From the IMG/VR virus record IMGVR_UViG_3300025168_000036: a stretch of 64,000 nucleotides of DNA; one strand, written 5' to 3'. Within the stretch, counting starts at the first letter, position 1. Each line of letters opens with the position of its first letter. The notes under the pieces are model-generated. The model was not told where the DNA came from, searched no databases, and was given only the letters and a program-made list of their open reading frames with translations. Of the stretch, positions 18,434 to 26,976 are shown in pieces. The DNA is from a virus. The position numbers were made by a program, and so were the translations under genes.

Positions 18434-18949
18434 TTATATATTGTCAGGTATTATTCCTGCATTTCCTATACTAGTGTTTTCTATAGATAAACTACTTCTT
18501 CTTGCCATGTGTGTTTTACACAATATTGATATACTTGCACCAAATTCATCACCTAATGTTGTTGTGTCAGGATTGTGTGCCATGTGATATTGCTCATCAT
18601 TAACTGAATCTACCTCCCAATAAGATGCATCCCACTTAAATATATCTCCAACCTGTATTACCAAGTTTGTATCTTTTATTGTTTCTCTTACAAATGAAAA
18701 ATTACATATTTGGCTTACATCTTCACCCATTCCGTTATCTGCCCACTCCTTGCCTTCAGGTGAAATTATACAACCTACCCTCACAGCAGTTTTATAGATC
18801 TTTCTAACAGCCTCACCATATACATTCTCTTTTGTAAGTGTGTTTGATATCTTATAAATATCAATTTCTGTTCCTAAAATTCTATCTACTAATTCGTCAC
18901 TTAGCTTTCTAAATAACTGTGTATCTCTATTACCTGAAAATAATGCCAT
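18434..18949 (-). CDS. gp14: Neck / head-closure protein (T4 gp14-like)
   Basis: ENVYGEA, GDIF..W..YWEV; between gp13-like and gp15-like genes. Confidence 0.75.
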   Translation of the reverse strand: MALFSGNRDTQLFRKLSDELVDRILGTEIDIYKISNTLTKENVYGEAVRKIYKTAVRVGCIISPEGKEWADNGMGEDVSQICNFSFVRETIKDTNLVIQVGDIFKWDASYWEVDSVNDEQYHMAHNPDTTTLGDEFGASISILCKTHMARRSSLSIENTSIGNAGIIPDNI

Positions 18950-18951
18950 AA

Positions 18952-20112
18952 TTATCCTATATAGATTGTTAGTGGTACTTTATTAATTGTTTCTTGATGA
19001 AAGTTTGCCTCATCATTTTGTCTTTCCATAGCATTCCTTCTAGAAGAAGCCTCTAAGTCTTCTCTTAGTTCTGATACTAGTGTCTCTTTCTCTGCCAAAC
19101 CTTCACTTCTTAAAGTGTCTCCATCCAAGCTTAGTGCCTCTCCTGGTGAAGGTATACTTCCATACTTACTTCTTACTATACCTAATAGCTCTTTTGCAAG
19201 TGCCAGTGTGTATTTTCTTATCCATTGCTTTCCTGGATTATTTATGTATTCATATTCTATATGATTATATGTTATGTTTGAAAAGTCTGATATTTTATCA
19301 GTTGCTCCTGAAGTATTATTTCTATCTCCTGTTAAGATATACTGGAAGTGTATTTTAAAGCTTCCAGAAGGAATTGGAAATATACGCATTCTATTATTTT
19401 GTATCTCAAATCCATAAGCAGACTTTCTAACATGGTCATTAAATTCAATTGCCTGAACTCTCATTAGATCATCATACATTGGCATCATCATATGATTAAT
19501 TGCAGGGCTAAATCCACTCCACCCAAATTCATTCATTTGTTGAGATGTTGCAGTAGCGGTTCCTACATAAGGGTCAAAGAATCTTGTCATTGCAGGTGAA
19601 GCTTGGTGAAATACTTTCTTTATTTCAATTTCATCTGTTCCTGGTGTCCCCGATTCAAATGTTGTTGAGCCAGTACTTGTTAAATCATATGTTTGTATTT
19701 GATTCTGTGTTGTTATAGAACCTGAATACCATGTTACGTTTCCACCTACACCAGCCTCAGAGCCATATTCATTACTTAGCGTAATTAGTCTGTTTAATCC
19801 TGTGCCATCAATTGTTTTACCTGATAGATTTGAGGATGTTGGTTGACCTTGTGCTCCAAGTAGATTTTCTCTTATATTAAACCTGTTAACTTGTGCATTG
19901 TATTCTGTTACTGCCTCCTCAAAACATGCAAAAAATGAGCCTGATTGCAATTCAATATTAACTATAGGATATCCCATTCTTTTAGCACACCACTTAGCTG
20001 TACTAATTGCAGACTGTGTGTATGTGTCATCATGATCATAAAGACCAAATGGTGTATCATCTGTTCCCGACCAAGTAGCTGTTCCGTCCCATATTTTTAC
20101 TTCTGTTGCCAT
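18952..20112 (-). CDS. gp13: Neck protein (T4 gp13-like)
   Basis: RMGYPIVNIEL; WIRKYTLALAKELLG...KY...LSLDG; follows capsid gene. Confidence 0.85.
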   Translation of the reverse strand: MATEVKIWDGTATWSGTDDTPFGLYDHDDTYTQSAISTAKWCAKRMGYPIVNIELQSGSFFACFEEAVTEYNAQVNRFNIRENLLGAQGQPTSSNLSGKTIDGTGLNRLITLSNEYGSEAGVGGNVTWYSGSITTQNQIQTYDLTSTGSTTFESGTPGTDEIEIKKVFHQASPAMTRFFDPYVGTATATSQQMNEFGWSGFSPAINHMMMPMYDDLMRVQAIEFNDHVRKSAYGFEIQNNRMRIFPIPSGSFKIHFQYILTGDRNNTSGATDKISDFSNITYNHIEYEYINNPGKQWIRKYTLALAKELLGIVRSKYGSIPSPGEALSLDGDTLRSEGLAEKETLVSELREDLEASSRRNAMERQNDEANFHQETINKVPLTIYIG

Positions 20113-20127
20113 AGATTTCCCCTTTTA

Positions 20128-20165
20128 TATAAATATAAACTCAATATTGTACAATAATAAATATC
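20128..20165 (-). promoter_or_regulatory. Two class I promoter motifs (20156-20165 GATATTTATT; 20128-20137 TATATTTATA)
   Basis: Between the capsid terminator and neck gene. Confidence 0.65.
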
Positions 20166-20181
20166 AGCTAAAAGTTAAAAC

Positions 20182-20214
20182 AAAAAAAAAGAGCCCCAAA
20201 TTAATGGGGCCCTT
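20182..20214 (-). terminator. Rho-independent terminator after major capsid gene
   Basis: GCCCCA/TGGGGC stem followed by T9 on the minus strand. Confidence 0.85.
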
Positions 20215-20239
20215 CTTAAGAATAATTAAAAACTATTTA

Positions 20240-21877
20240 TTAAATAGTGTTTAATCCAGATACATTAATCTTACCGTAGAATTCTGGTCTTACAACTTTC
20301 TTAGCATACCTAGTCATTACACCTTTTCTTGGAGTAAAGTTAGTTGGATCGTATACTAGTGGAGTCATAATTAATGGAATATAAGGAGCATAAACTGCAC
20401 CAGTTTCCAAGAATTGAGTACCACGGAATCCCATAATAATCTCATTTGATTGCATGTAAGGGTTTTTGTAAACTGTAAATCTGTTAGCTAAGCTACCGAT
20501 TTTAGTTACGCCCATTGCAAATGATTGTTGAGCACCATCTGTATCAACACCGAATCCAGAAATAGATTCTAACACAGTAGAAACCTCAGGTCCACATACT
20601 AAGAAGTTAGCACCACCACGCATTGTTTTTGCATGAATTTTGTTACTTACTTTTTGTACTTTTGTACCTAATGTTGCAAACCATGAAGTTTGTTGATAAG
20701 CATATTGTGAACCAACAGCAGAAAATGCAGTTCCAGCAGCATTTAATGCCTGTCCGTCTGCATGCCATGAATCAGTTGTGTTTGCATTTGCAGATAACAT
20801 ACCTAAGATTTCTAAATCTATTTCCATAGAAATATATTCAGATAACATAGATGTTAATTCAGCCTCAGCATCAATTGAGTGATAAGCATTTAAGTCTTGA
20901 GCAAATTCTGGAGTCCAGATTACTTTTAACTTTCTTGTCTTAGCTACAATTGCCTCAGATCTTAATTCAACATTTACTTCAGGAATATTCAAGTCTGTTG
21001 CAGTTCCAGCAGCATAAGATGTAGGATCTTTATCCTCAAAATCACCTCTTGACTGGTCATTAGCATTCTTGATTACAAATGAAGTCTTGATTTGACCTAA
21101 TCCAAAAGTATCAGCCCATGTTGGTAGTTCAGCAGCAGTTTCACCGATGAAAGTTACAACACCTGCAGCAGTAGCAGTAGTAAACTGTGGATATACTTTA
21201 AAGTCAGATGCAGAAACTTGGAAAGCTTGTGCAGCCTGTTCATCAAGATTAGTGTTTTCAGTTGTAATTACAACCTTCTTTAATCTCTTAGCAGTAACTA
21301 AAGTTTCTAAACTAGAATCAAAGTTAACATCAGCTAAAGAAGCAGTAGATGCTGCAGTTAAAGCGTCAGCTACACCTGTAGATGCAGATCTGTTAGTTGA
21401 ATATCCGAACTTTCCAGAACCATAAAGGCCTCCAGAAGGATCAACATTTTTGGTATCTGTAGTACCCATTATTTTATCACCAGTAGCTACTGTGTGAGTG
21501 TTAGCGGCAGTTCCGCCTACGCCTGAATCAGACCCATATTTGAAGTCTAGGAAAAATACTAGACCTGATGGTAGATTCATTGGTTGTACGCTTACAAAAT
21601 CTTTTGCAGCAATTTCACCGAAAATTCTTCTTACTAGTGGAAGTGCAACTCCTGACCATTCTTCTTTACTACCACCTGTACCGGTAGCATTAGCTTCTTG
21701 GATCAATTGTCTTGCTTGATTTTCTAAAAGAATAGCAGTATTATGTTTTTCATACTCTGCATCGATTCCTTCTAAAAGACCAGTTTTTTCCCACTTATTT
21801 ACATAAGCTTTAGTTTCAGCAATTTGTTGCCTATAAGTATTTTGAGCGTCGTTAAGTAAATTACTTACGTTTGACAT
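20240..21877 (-). CDS. gp23: Major capsid protein (T4 gp23-like)
   Basis: LPLVRR, VQPMNLPSGLVF, AKTRKLK, AQDLNAYHSIDAEAEL, YAPYIPL, PRKGVMTRY. Confidence 0.97.
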   Translation of the reverse strand: MSNVSNLLNDAQNTYRQQIAETKAYVNKWEKTGLLEGIDAEYEKHNTAILLENQARQLIQEANATGTGGSKEEWSGVALPLVRRIFGEIAAKDFVSVQPMNLPSGLVFFLDFKYGSDSGVGGTAANTHTVATGDKIMGTTDTKNVDPSGGLYGSGKFGYSTNRSASTGVADALTAASTASLADVNFDSSLETLVTAKRLKKVVITTENTNLDEQAAQAFQVSASDFKVYPQFTTATAAGVVTFIGETAAELPTWADTFGLGQIKTSFVIKNANDQSRGDFEDKDPTSYAAGTATDLNIPEVNVELRSEAIVAKTRKLKVIWTPEFAQDLNAYHSIDAEAELTSMLSEYISMEIDLEILGMLSANANTTDSWHADGQALNAAGTAFSAVGSQYAYQQTSWFATLGTKVQKVSNKIHAKTMRGGANFLVCGPEVSTVLESISGFGVDTDGAQQSFAMGVTKIGSLANRFTVYKNPYMQSNEIIMGFRGTQFLETGAVYAPYIPLIMTPLVYDPTNFTPRKGVMTRYAKKVVRPEFYGKINVSGLNTI

Positions 21878-21894
21878 TTTTGTCTCCTAATTTT

Positions 21895-22854
21895 TTATAG
21901 TAAACCTGCCAACTTCTTCATTCTAGATGAAAAGTTGTTAGATTCAACAATTACGTTTTTATTTGGTTTAGTCGAATTAACGGCTTTTGAAGCAAAACCT
22001 TCAGTTACTGATCTCTTCTTAGTTGGTTTGTATCCAGTTAAAGATTCTGCTAAAGTAGTGTATACTAATTTAACTTCTCTTACTGAACCTGCCCTATCGA
22101 AAGTTTCAATAATTTTCATTTTTTGTGATTCATTTAGACCGTTACTTCTAAATAGTTTGTTTGAGAATAAAAGTTTTGCATTCAACAAATTAACTTCATT
22201 GATCTTATCTTTTAGGAACTTAATAGTTTTGTAAGCTTCTTTAAGATCTTCATCTTTTTCAGTTTCATTTGTAGGCTCATCTTCGTCCTCATCTTCTTCT
22301 TGAAGTGCTTTAATTACCTCGTCTAAATCTATCTCTGTATCATCAGATGGTTCATCATCTTCAGTTTCGTCCATTGGTTTTTCATCAGAATCTTCAGTTT
22401 CAGTCACAGGTTCTTCATCATCACTGTGGTCTTCATCTTCAGTTTCCATTTCTTCACCATCGTCTTCTAATTCTTTAATGATTGATTCAAGTTCTAAGTC
22501 GTCTTCATCTTCAGTTTCATACATGTCATCATCTTCAGTTTCATGTATTTCTTCATCAGTGTCTTCACCACCTTCTGATTCATCTTCACCTACTTCGTTG
22601 TATGCTTCTTCAGTTTCATCAGCCTGACCTAAGTCGGTTGAGTCATCTGCGTCCATTTCAACAGTAGCTTCTGGAGTATCAGCTAGTTCTTCTTCATCAT
22701 CAAAATCTTCAGATTCTTCAGCGATCTTTTGAGATAACATAGATTGTAGTCTAGGGGTAAAAGCCTCTTCTAAAGCTAGTTTAGCATTCGCAATTGCAGT
22801 TTCTCTAACTGCTTTCGCATCAGCTATAGCTTCTTTTAACAAGTTTTTTGACAT
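21895..22854 (-). CDS. Prohead core / scaffold protein (T4 gp22-like)
   Basis: Helical ends, very acidic centre with repeated xxETE; directly upstream of capsid gene; GAGGAG SD. Confidence 0.85.
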   Translation of the reverse strand: MSKNLLKEAIADAKAVRETAIANAKLALEEAFTPRLQSMLSQKIAEESEDFDDEEELADTPEATVEMDADDSTDLGQADETEEAYNEVGEDESEGGEDTDEEIHETEDDDMYETEDEDDLELESIIKELEDDGEEMETEDEDHSDDEEPVTETEDSDEKPMDETEDDEPSDDTEIDLDEVIKALQEEDEDEDEPTNETEKDEDLKEAYKTIKFLKDKINEVNLLNAKLLFSNKLFRSNGLNESQKMKIIETFDRAGSVREVKLVYTTLAESLTGYKPTKKRSVTEGFASKAVNSTKPNKNVIVESNNFSSRMKKLAGLL

Positions 22855-22979
22855 TTTGTGTCTCCTCTTAATTTATGTTTAGGAAGTATAGCTATTAGGA
22901 GCTATAATAGAATTTATTTTAATACGTTTGCAATGTATCTAGTTATCACATGCGTTTTTACGTATAATTGTTAATCGAA

Positions 22980-22989
22980 TATAAATATA
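22980..22989 (-). promoter_or_regulatory. Class I-like promoter of the scaffold/capsid operon
   Basis: TATATTTATA about 125 nt upstream of ATG 22854. Confidence 0.55.
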
Positions 22990-23026
22990 TATAGATATAT
23001 AAAAAGTATCGTTTTTCTAAAACTTT

Positions 23027-23245
23027 TTAACTAAATGGGTTTAATTTATTCCAGTGACGCTGTGGGATTCCACAATATATACACATTAAACCTAAGCTAA
23101 AAGATACAAAACAGAAGCCCATTTCGTTAAGTGGGTCTGCAAACGATATATAGTTTAGTATTGTACCAGTAGCTGTAATATATGCTACGTATAATGAGAT
23201 TAAACCTCCCATAAGGGTTAGTAAATTTTGAGTAGAACTTTTCAT
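23027..23245 (-). CDS. Small membrane protein (two predicted TM helices)
   Basis: 72 aa; two hydrophobic stretches; no SD. Confidence 0.7.
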   Translation of the reverse strand: MKSSTQNLLTLMGGLISLYVAYITATGTILNYISFADPLNEMGFCFVSFSLGLMCIYCGIPQRHWNKLNPFS

Positions 23246-23248
23246 ATT

Positions 23249-23434
23249 TTATTTATTATTTATTAGTTTTGATTCTTGTTTTTCAACCACCTTACATGCG
23301 TAGTCAAATTCTTCTGGTGCAGTATGAATGTTTTCAGCATCATAAGCTTTGATTACAAATGTTGTTTTATTTTCAACAATTGATATTAGTGTTCCTGATA
23401 GTTTGACGGTGTAATTTGGAAAGGTCTTTTTCAT
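23249..23434 (-). CDS. Hypothetical protein, 61 aa
   Basis: First ORF after a class II promoter; no SD. Confidence 0.65.
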   Translation of the reverse strand: MKKTFPNYTVKLSGTLISIVENKTTFVIKAYDAENIHTAPEEFDYACKVVEKQESKLINNK

Positions 23435-23477
23435 AAGTCTGTTTTTCGTTAGTATGTTAATTAGTTATTTATATATA

Positions 23478-23509
23478 AATATAAACAAAAATACGCAAGA
23501 AAAAAAATT
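23478..23509 (-). promoter_or_regulatory. Class II promoter
   Basis: AATTT-N21-TATATT, overlapping repeat copy 2. Confidence 0.7.
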
Positions 23510-23543
23510 TCTCACGTATTATTTTTAGAAAGTTATTAACAAT
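23492..23543. repeat. Dispersed repeat, copy 2 (copy 1 at 73-123)
   Basis: Near-identical to 73-123. Confidence 0.9.
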
Positions 23544-23549
23544 TAGTTG

Positions 23550-23894
23550 TTAAACAGCCTTACCATCTCTAATTACAGTCCATATATGGTTCTTATCATG
23601 CCTCTTTTGTCTTGCAGTCTCTCTCTTTTGCATGGCTTTGGCATAGTCCATCTTTTTAACTCTTTTTGCAGAATTACCTTCAAAGTATCTCCTTTCCTTA
23701 TACTCATCTAGCTTCCCTGAGTCCTTTATTTGTCTCTTAAATATTTTAAGGGCCTTTTCTAGGTCTCCTGGTGTTGAACCTGGAACCTTAACTCCTCCTG
23801 GTACTCCTGGTATAATAAAGTCTGAACGCTTCCTATAATTTTTAATTGGCCTTCCAGACCTATCTCTTGGTGTATGCTTTCTTTTATCTGACAT
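23550..23894 (-). CDS. rpsU: Phage-encoded ribosomal protein bS21 with N- and C-terminal extensions
   Basis: Core VKV...DLEKALKIFKRQIKDSGKLDEYKERRYFEGNSAKR matches the bS21 pattern; located among head genes as in known bS21 phages. Confidence 0.85.
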   Translation of the reverse strand: MSDKRKHTPRDRSGRPIKNYRKRSDFIIPGVPGGVKVPGSTPGDLEKALKIFKRQIKDSGKLDEYKERRYFEGNSAKRVKKMDYAKAMQKRETARQKRHDKNHIWTVIRDGKAV

Positions 23895-23926
23895 AAATGT
23901 TTTTTTTGTATTAATTAATTGTATAT

Positions 23927-23958
23927 AATATAAACAATTTCTGCTTAATAAAAAAATT
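23927..23958 (-). promoter_or_regulatory. Class II promoter of bS21
   Basis: AATTT(23958-23954)-N21-TATATT(23932-23927). Confidence 0.7.
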
Positions 23959-24560
23959 TATTTAATATTTTTTTTCATCCAAGAGTTTACGTATTGCATT
24001 AGCTCTTTCTGGGCAGGTTTAATGTCACCTTTCTCTGTCATAGGACCATTTTTCCAGTCTAACCAACCATCTTTAATTAACATTAAGCCTTCATCAAGAT
24101 CTCTCATGATTTCAATGTATTCTTCTGTAATTGTAGTCTTCTGTGTGTTCCATTCAAGAATTTTATTTTCCTGCATTTGCTTTAATAAGTTAGCCTCATC
24201 ACCTTTACGCCATGTGTTTCCTAACTTACCACCACCACCAATTCTTAATTGGCCATACTTAGCATAAATAGTATATTTTCTTCCATCAACATTAATAATT
24301 GCAGAATCAGAATACTTTTCTTTCATTGAACCTAATACATCTCTAACCTTATTCTTTTTAAGCCACTTCATAGCTATGTCATGGCCTTTTTTATCAAAGG
24401 TATAATTTAATGATGTTCCAACCTGGTCGCCTTTATCAAGCTTAACAGCTTCATCCTTTCTTTTAGGATTCAATACTGGATTCCATCTCATCTTTTTTAA
24501 TTTTGAAGAAGGTAGCTCACCTAAGTATGCATGTTCTTTTAATATATCTTTAAGTTTCAT
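23958..24560 (-). CDS. Putative internal head protein (starts MKLKDILKE)
   Basis: 200 aa; AGGAG SD; several x-x-E boundaries. Confidence 0.75.
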   Translation of the reverse strand: MKLKDILKEHAYLGELPSSKLKKMRWNPVLNPKRKDEAVKLDKGDQVGTSLNYTFDKKGHDIAMKWLKKNKVRDVLGSMKEKYSDSAIINVDGRKYTIYAKYGQLRIGGGGKLGNTWRKGDEANLLKQMQENKILEWNTQKTTITEEYIEIMRDLDEGLMLIKDGWLDWKNGPMTEKGDIKPAQKELMQYVNSWMKKNIK

Positions 24561-24562
24561 TA

Positions 24563-25729
24563 TTAAGCTCCTATTCTTGAGTATGTTAGCATATCATTAA
24601 TTGCTTTAAGTGCTTTCTTTTTTGCTGAATCAAATTCTTTTCCATATCTTCCTGATCCACCAGCCTTTTTAGCATTGGATACCATTTTCATTATATTGTT
24701 AATTTCCTTTGTCTCCTTTGAAGTTTTCATCTTAGGAGCAGCTTCTTTGATATGCTTCTTAGCTACAGCTTGGAAGTTTCTAAGGTTTGCTCCATTAAGT
24801 CTATCTGCAAAGCCTCTAGAATGTAGTGCTTTTACTAGATCTGTAAAACTGCCCTTGGTTAGTTTTTTAGCATCTTTTTGTTTTTTCAGAAATTGTTCTA
24901 TGTCCCAAGATAATACTGCAGGAATTGTTTTAAGACCTTTTTCTGCTGATGGAGCAGCTTCCTTAATGTGAGTTCTTTTCCAACCATCATATCTTACTTT
25001 TCCAAAGTTGTTTCTTCCAGTTGCAATACCTCTAAACCCTCCAACAGATTCATTAACAGACCCATCTTCCTCATCATCAATAGCATTTGCAATTGCAGCT
25101 CTTTTCTTAGCTAAATACTTATCTGATTCATCTTCATCACCATCATTATCTATATCTCCGTCTTCTTTTCCGACTGAGTCTAAAGCCTCTGATATTTCGT
25201 AGTATTTACCAAGCTTGTGGCCAATGTCTTCAAACACAGATTCCAATCTTTGCTGTAATGTATTCATTTCATTTGCAGTTTTTGTTAGCTGATCAACTGA
25301 ACCACCAATCCCTTTTACATCATTCTTTACAGTAACTGAATCAAACCAACCATCTGTCTCTTGTAATGCTAATTGGCCAGCACTTGAAGCCATAAGTTTT
25401 ATTGACTCAACCATCTCTTTTATCTCGTCTGTTCTGTATATCTTTGATGCAAACTCATTAAAGTTTTTTACTGCCTCAAGAACTTCTCTTTTTTGCCTTG
25501 GAGTAAGCTTTTGCTGTTCACTTTCCATAAGCGTTGAAAGTTTTATTCCCATTGTATTTTCTCCTATTTCAGTTTCTATTGTTTTTAGGTCTATATTTGG
25601 CTCTTCCTCATCTTTTACTGAGGGTTTAGCCTTCTTATTATAATTATCAAGCTCATCATCAAGAGTTTTAATCTGCTCAGGTGGCTTAGGTATCATATCG
25701 TTATCTATAAGTTCTGATAGTCTAATCAT
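24563..25729 (-). CDS. Putative modular prohead core / internal protein
   Basis: Start at 25729 overlaps the protease stop (ATGA); second SD-led in-frame ATG at 25552; DGDIDNDGDEDESDKYL motif; duplicated HIKEAAP. Confidence 0.75.
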   Translation of the reverse strand: MIRLSELIDNDMIPKPPEQIKTLDDELDNYNKKAKPSVKDEEEPNIDLKTIETEIGENTMGIKLSTLMESEQQKLTPRQKREVLEAVKNFNEFASKIYRTDEIKEMVESIKLMASSAGQLALQETDGWFDSVTVKNDVKGIGGSVDQLTKTANEMNTLQQRLESVFEDIGHKLGKYYEISEALDSVGKEDGDIDNDGDEDESDKYLAKKRAAIANAIDDEEDGSVNESVGGFRGIATGRNNFGKVRYDGWKRTHIKEAAPSAEKGLKTIPAVLSWDIEQFLKKQKDAKKLTKGSFTDLVKALHSRGFADRLNGANLRNFQAVAKKHIKEAAPKMKTSKETKEINNIMKMVSNAKKAGGSGRYGKEFDSAKKKALKAINDMLTYSRIGA

Positions 25730-26391
25730 TTTCTTTTTCTCGGCAATGAACACTTACAAGTTAGTTCGCATAACATTTCTGATATTATGTTTTCTACTTT
25801 CTCATATTTGTTTGCTTTTTTAGCTACTGGAGAATATGACTCATTTACACCTGGTATTTTACTTGTTGGGTGCATAAATGCTCCGTGAGTTGATGGATTA
25901 GAAACAAAGTCCCAACATACCAATTCAAAGTCATCTTGTACAATTAAAGTTTCCTCTCCTGTATCTTCACTTATTTCATTATTTACAGAACCTAAGCCTC
26001 TAGATGATATACCTAATTTAATATCGCACTTAAGTAGCTCTTTTAATATATTTCCAGATGGTGTACTTAGCACCTCAACCTTACCCATTAAATCATCACC
26101 TTCCCACCATATCTTACTAATATTATGTGACACATTTTGAAGGTTTACTACTGAAGATTCTGGGTGATCTAATTCACCTAGAGCTCTTCTCTCTTTAATT
26201 TGAGAAGCATTATATTTATTTGCCTCCCTCATTAGTACCTCCTTAGGGTAAATTCTTCCATTTTGATTTTTTGCTCCAGATCTTTGTAGCACACCTTGTA
26301 CTATAATCTTTCCATTATTCTTTTGTTCAGACTCAGCTATTTGCTGTCTTGATATCTGGAATGGTATTGTGTCTATTAATATTTGTTTCAT
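25726..26391 (-). CDS. gp21: Prohead protease (T4 gp21-like)
   Basis: KNQNGRIYP, ALGELDHP, VSH, LGISSRGLGS, WDFVSNPSTHGA; ATG at 26391 overlaps upstream stop. Confidence 0.95.
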   Translation of the reverse strand: MKQILIDTIPFQISRQQIAESEQKNNGKIIVQGVLQRSGAKNQNGRIYPKEVLMREANKYNASQIKERRALGELDHPESSVVNLQNVSHNISKIWWEGDDLMGKVEVLSTPSGNILKELLKCDIKLGISSRGLGSVNNEISEDTGEETLIVQDDFELVCWDFVSNPSTHGAFMHPTSKIPGVNESYSPVAKKANKYEKVENIISEMLCELTCKCSLPRKRK

Positions 26392-26516
26392 GCTTTTGTC
26401 CACGATTGTCTTTTTCTGTATAAGTCAAAAAATACTTTAGCAATCTCTTGCCTAATTATATCTCTTACTTGTTGTTCAGTAAGCTCTTCTTTAATTATTT
26501 TTTTTGACCTTTTCAT
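26388..26516 (-). CDS. 42-aa protein absent from the ORF track (MKRSKKIIKEELTEQQVRDIIRQEIAKVFFDLYRKRQSWTKA)
   Basis: Exactly fills the gap; its TGA overlaps the protease ATG. Confidence 0.8.
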   Translation of the reverse strand: MKRSKKIIKEELTEQQVRDIIRQEIAKVFFDLYRKRQSWTKA

Positions 26517-26517
26517 A

Positions 26518-26976
26518 TTAAAATTTTCTTAGCTTTTCACCTATTCTCATCATTCTTTCAGATATCTTATAAAGACCTTTTCTTGTTGACTTCCAATACT
26601 GCCTATTATCAATACCTTCCTCTGTTTTAAGCTTAATATTTTGATTAATAATTCTTTCAATTTTAATAAGCTTACTGTGCACCTCTTTTATTGCACTATT
26701 AACTTTATTCTTAGATGTTCTAGACTCATCCTTTTTATAAGCGCTGTATGAAATTTCGTTCATTGCCTTTTGCATCTTCATAAATGTCGATTCCTTAACT
26801 TTCTTGTAACCTAATACCTCAGCGTTTTTATTCTCATCTTCCTTCTTTTTCTTACTAAATGCATTTGGAGTCTTATATGGGCCCGCTGCAGAAGAAGTGT
26901 TGTGCTCATCCACATCTTCCTTCTTATAGCTTTCCCAGCTTTCTAGAAGCTCATCTAACTTTTTATTTAGTGACAT
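26518..26976 (-). CDS. Head-module hypothetical protein
   Basis: 152 aa; YKTPNAF motif; overlaps upstream gene. Confidence 0.8.
   Translation of the reverse strand: MSLNKKLDELLESWESYKKEDVDEHNTSSAAGPYKTPNAFSKKKKEDENKNAEVLGYKKVKESTFMKMQKAMNEISYSAYKKDESRTSKNKVNSAIKEVHSKLIKIERIINQNIKLKTEEGIDNRQYWKSTRKGLYKISERMMRIGEKLRKF

Noticed and set aside
22240-22720. Repetitive tcttca/tcatc-rich DNA resembling an array
   Set aside because: It encodes the Asp/Glu-rich scaffold centre; no fixed repeat-spacer structure, so not CRISPR
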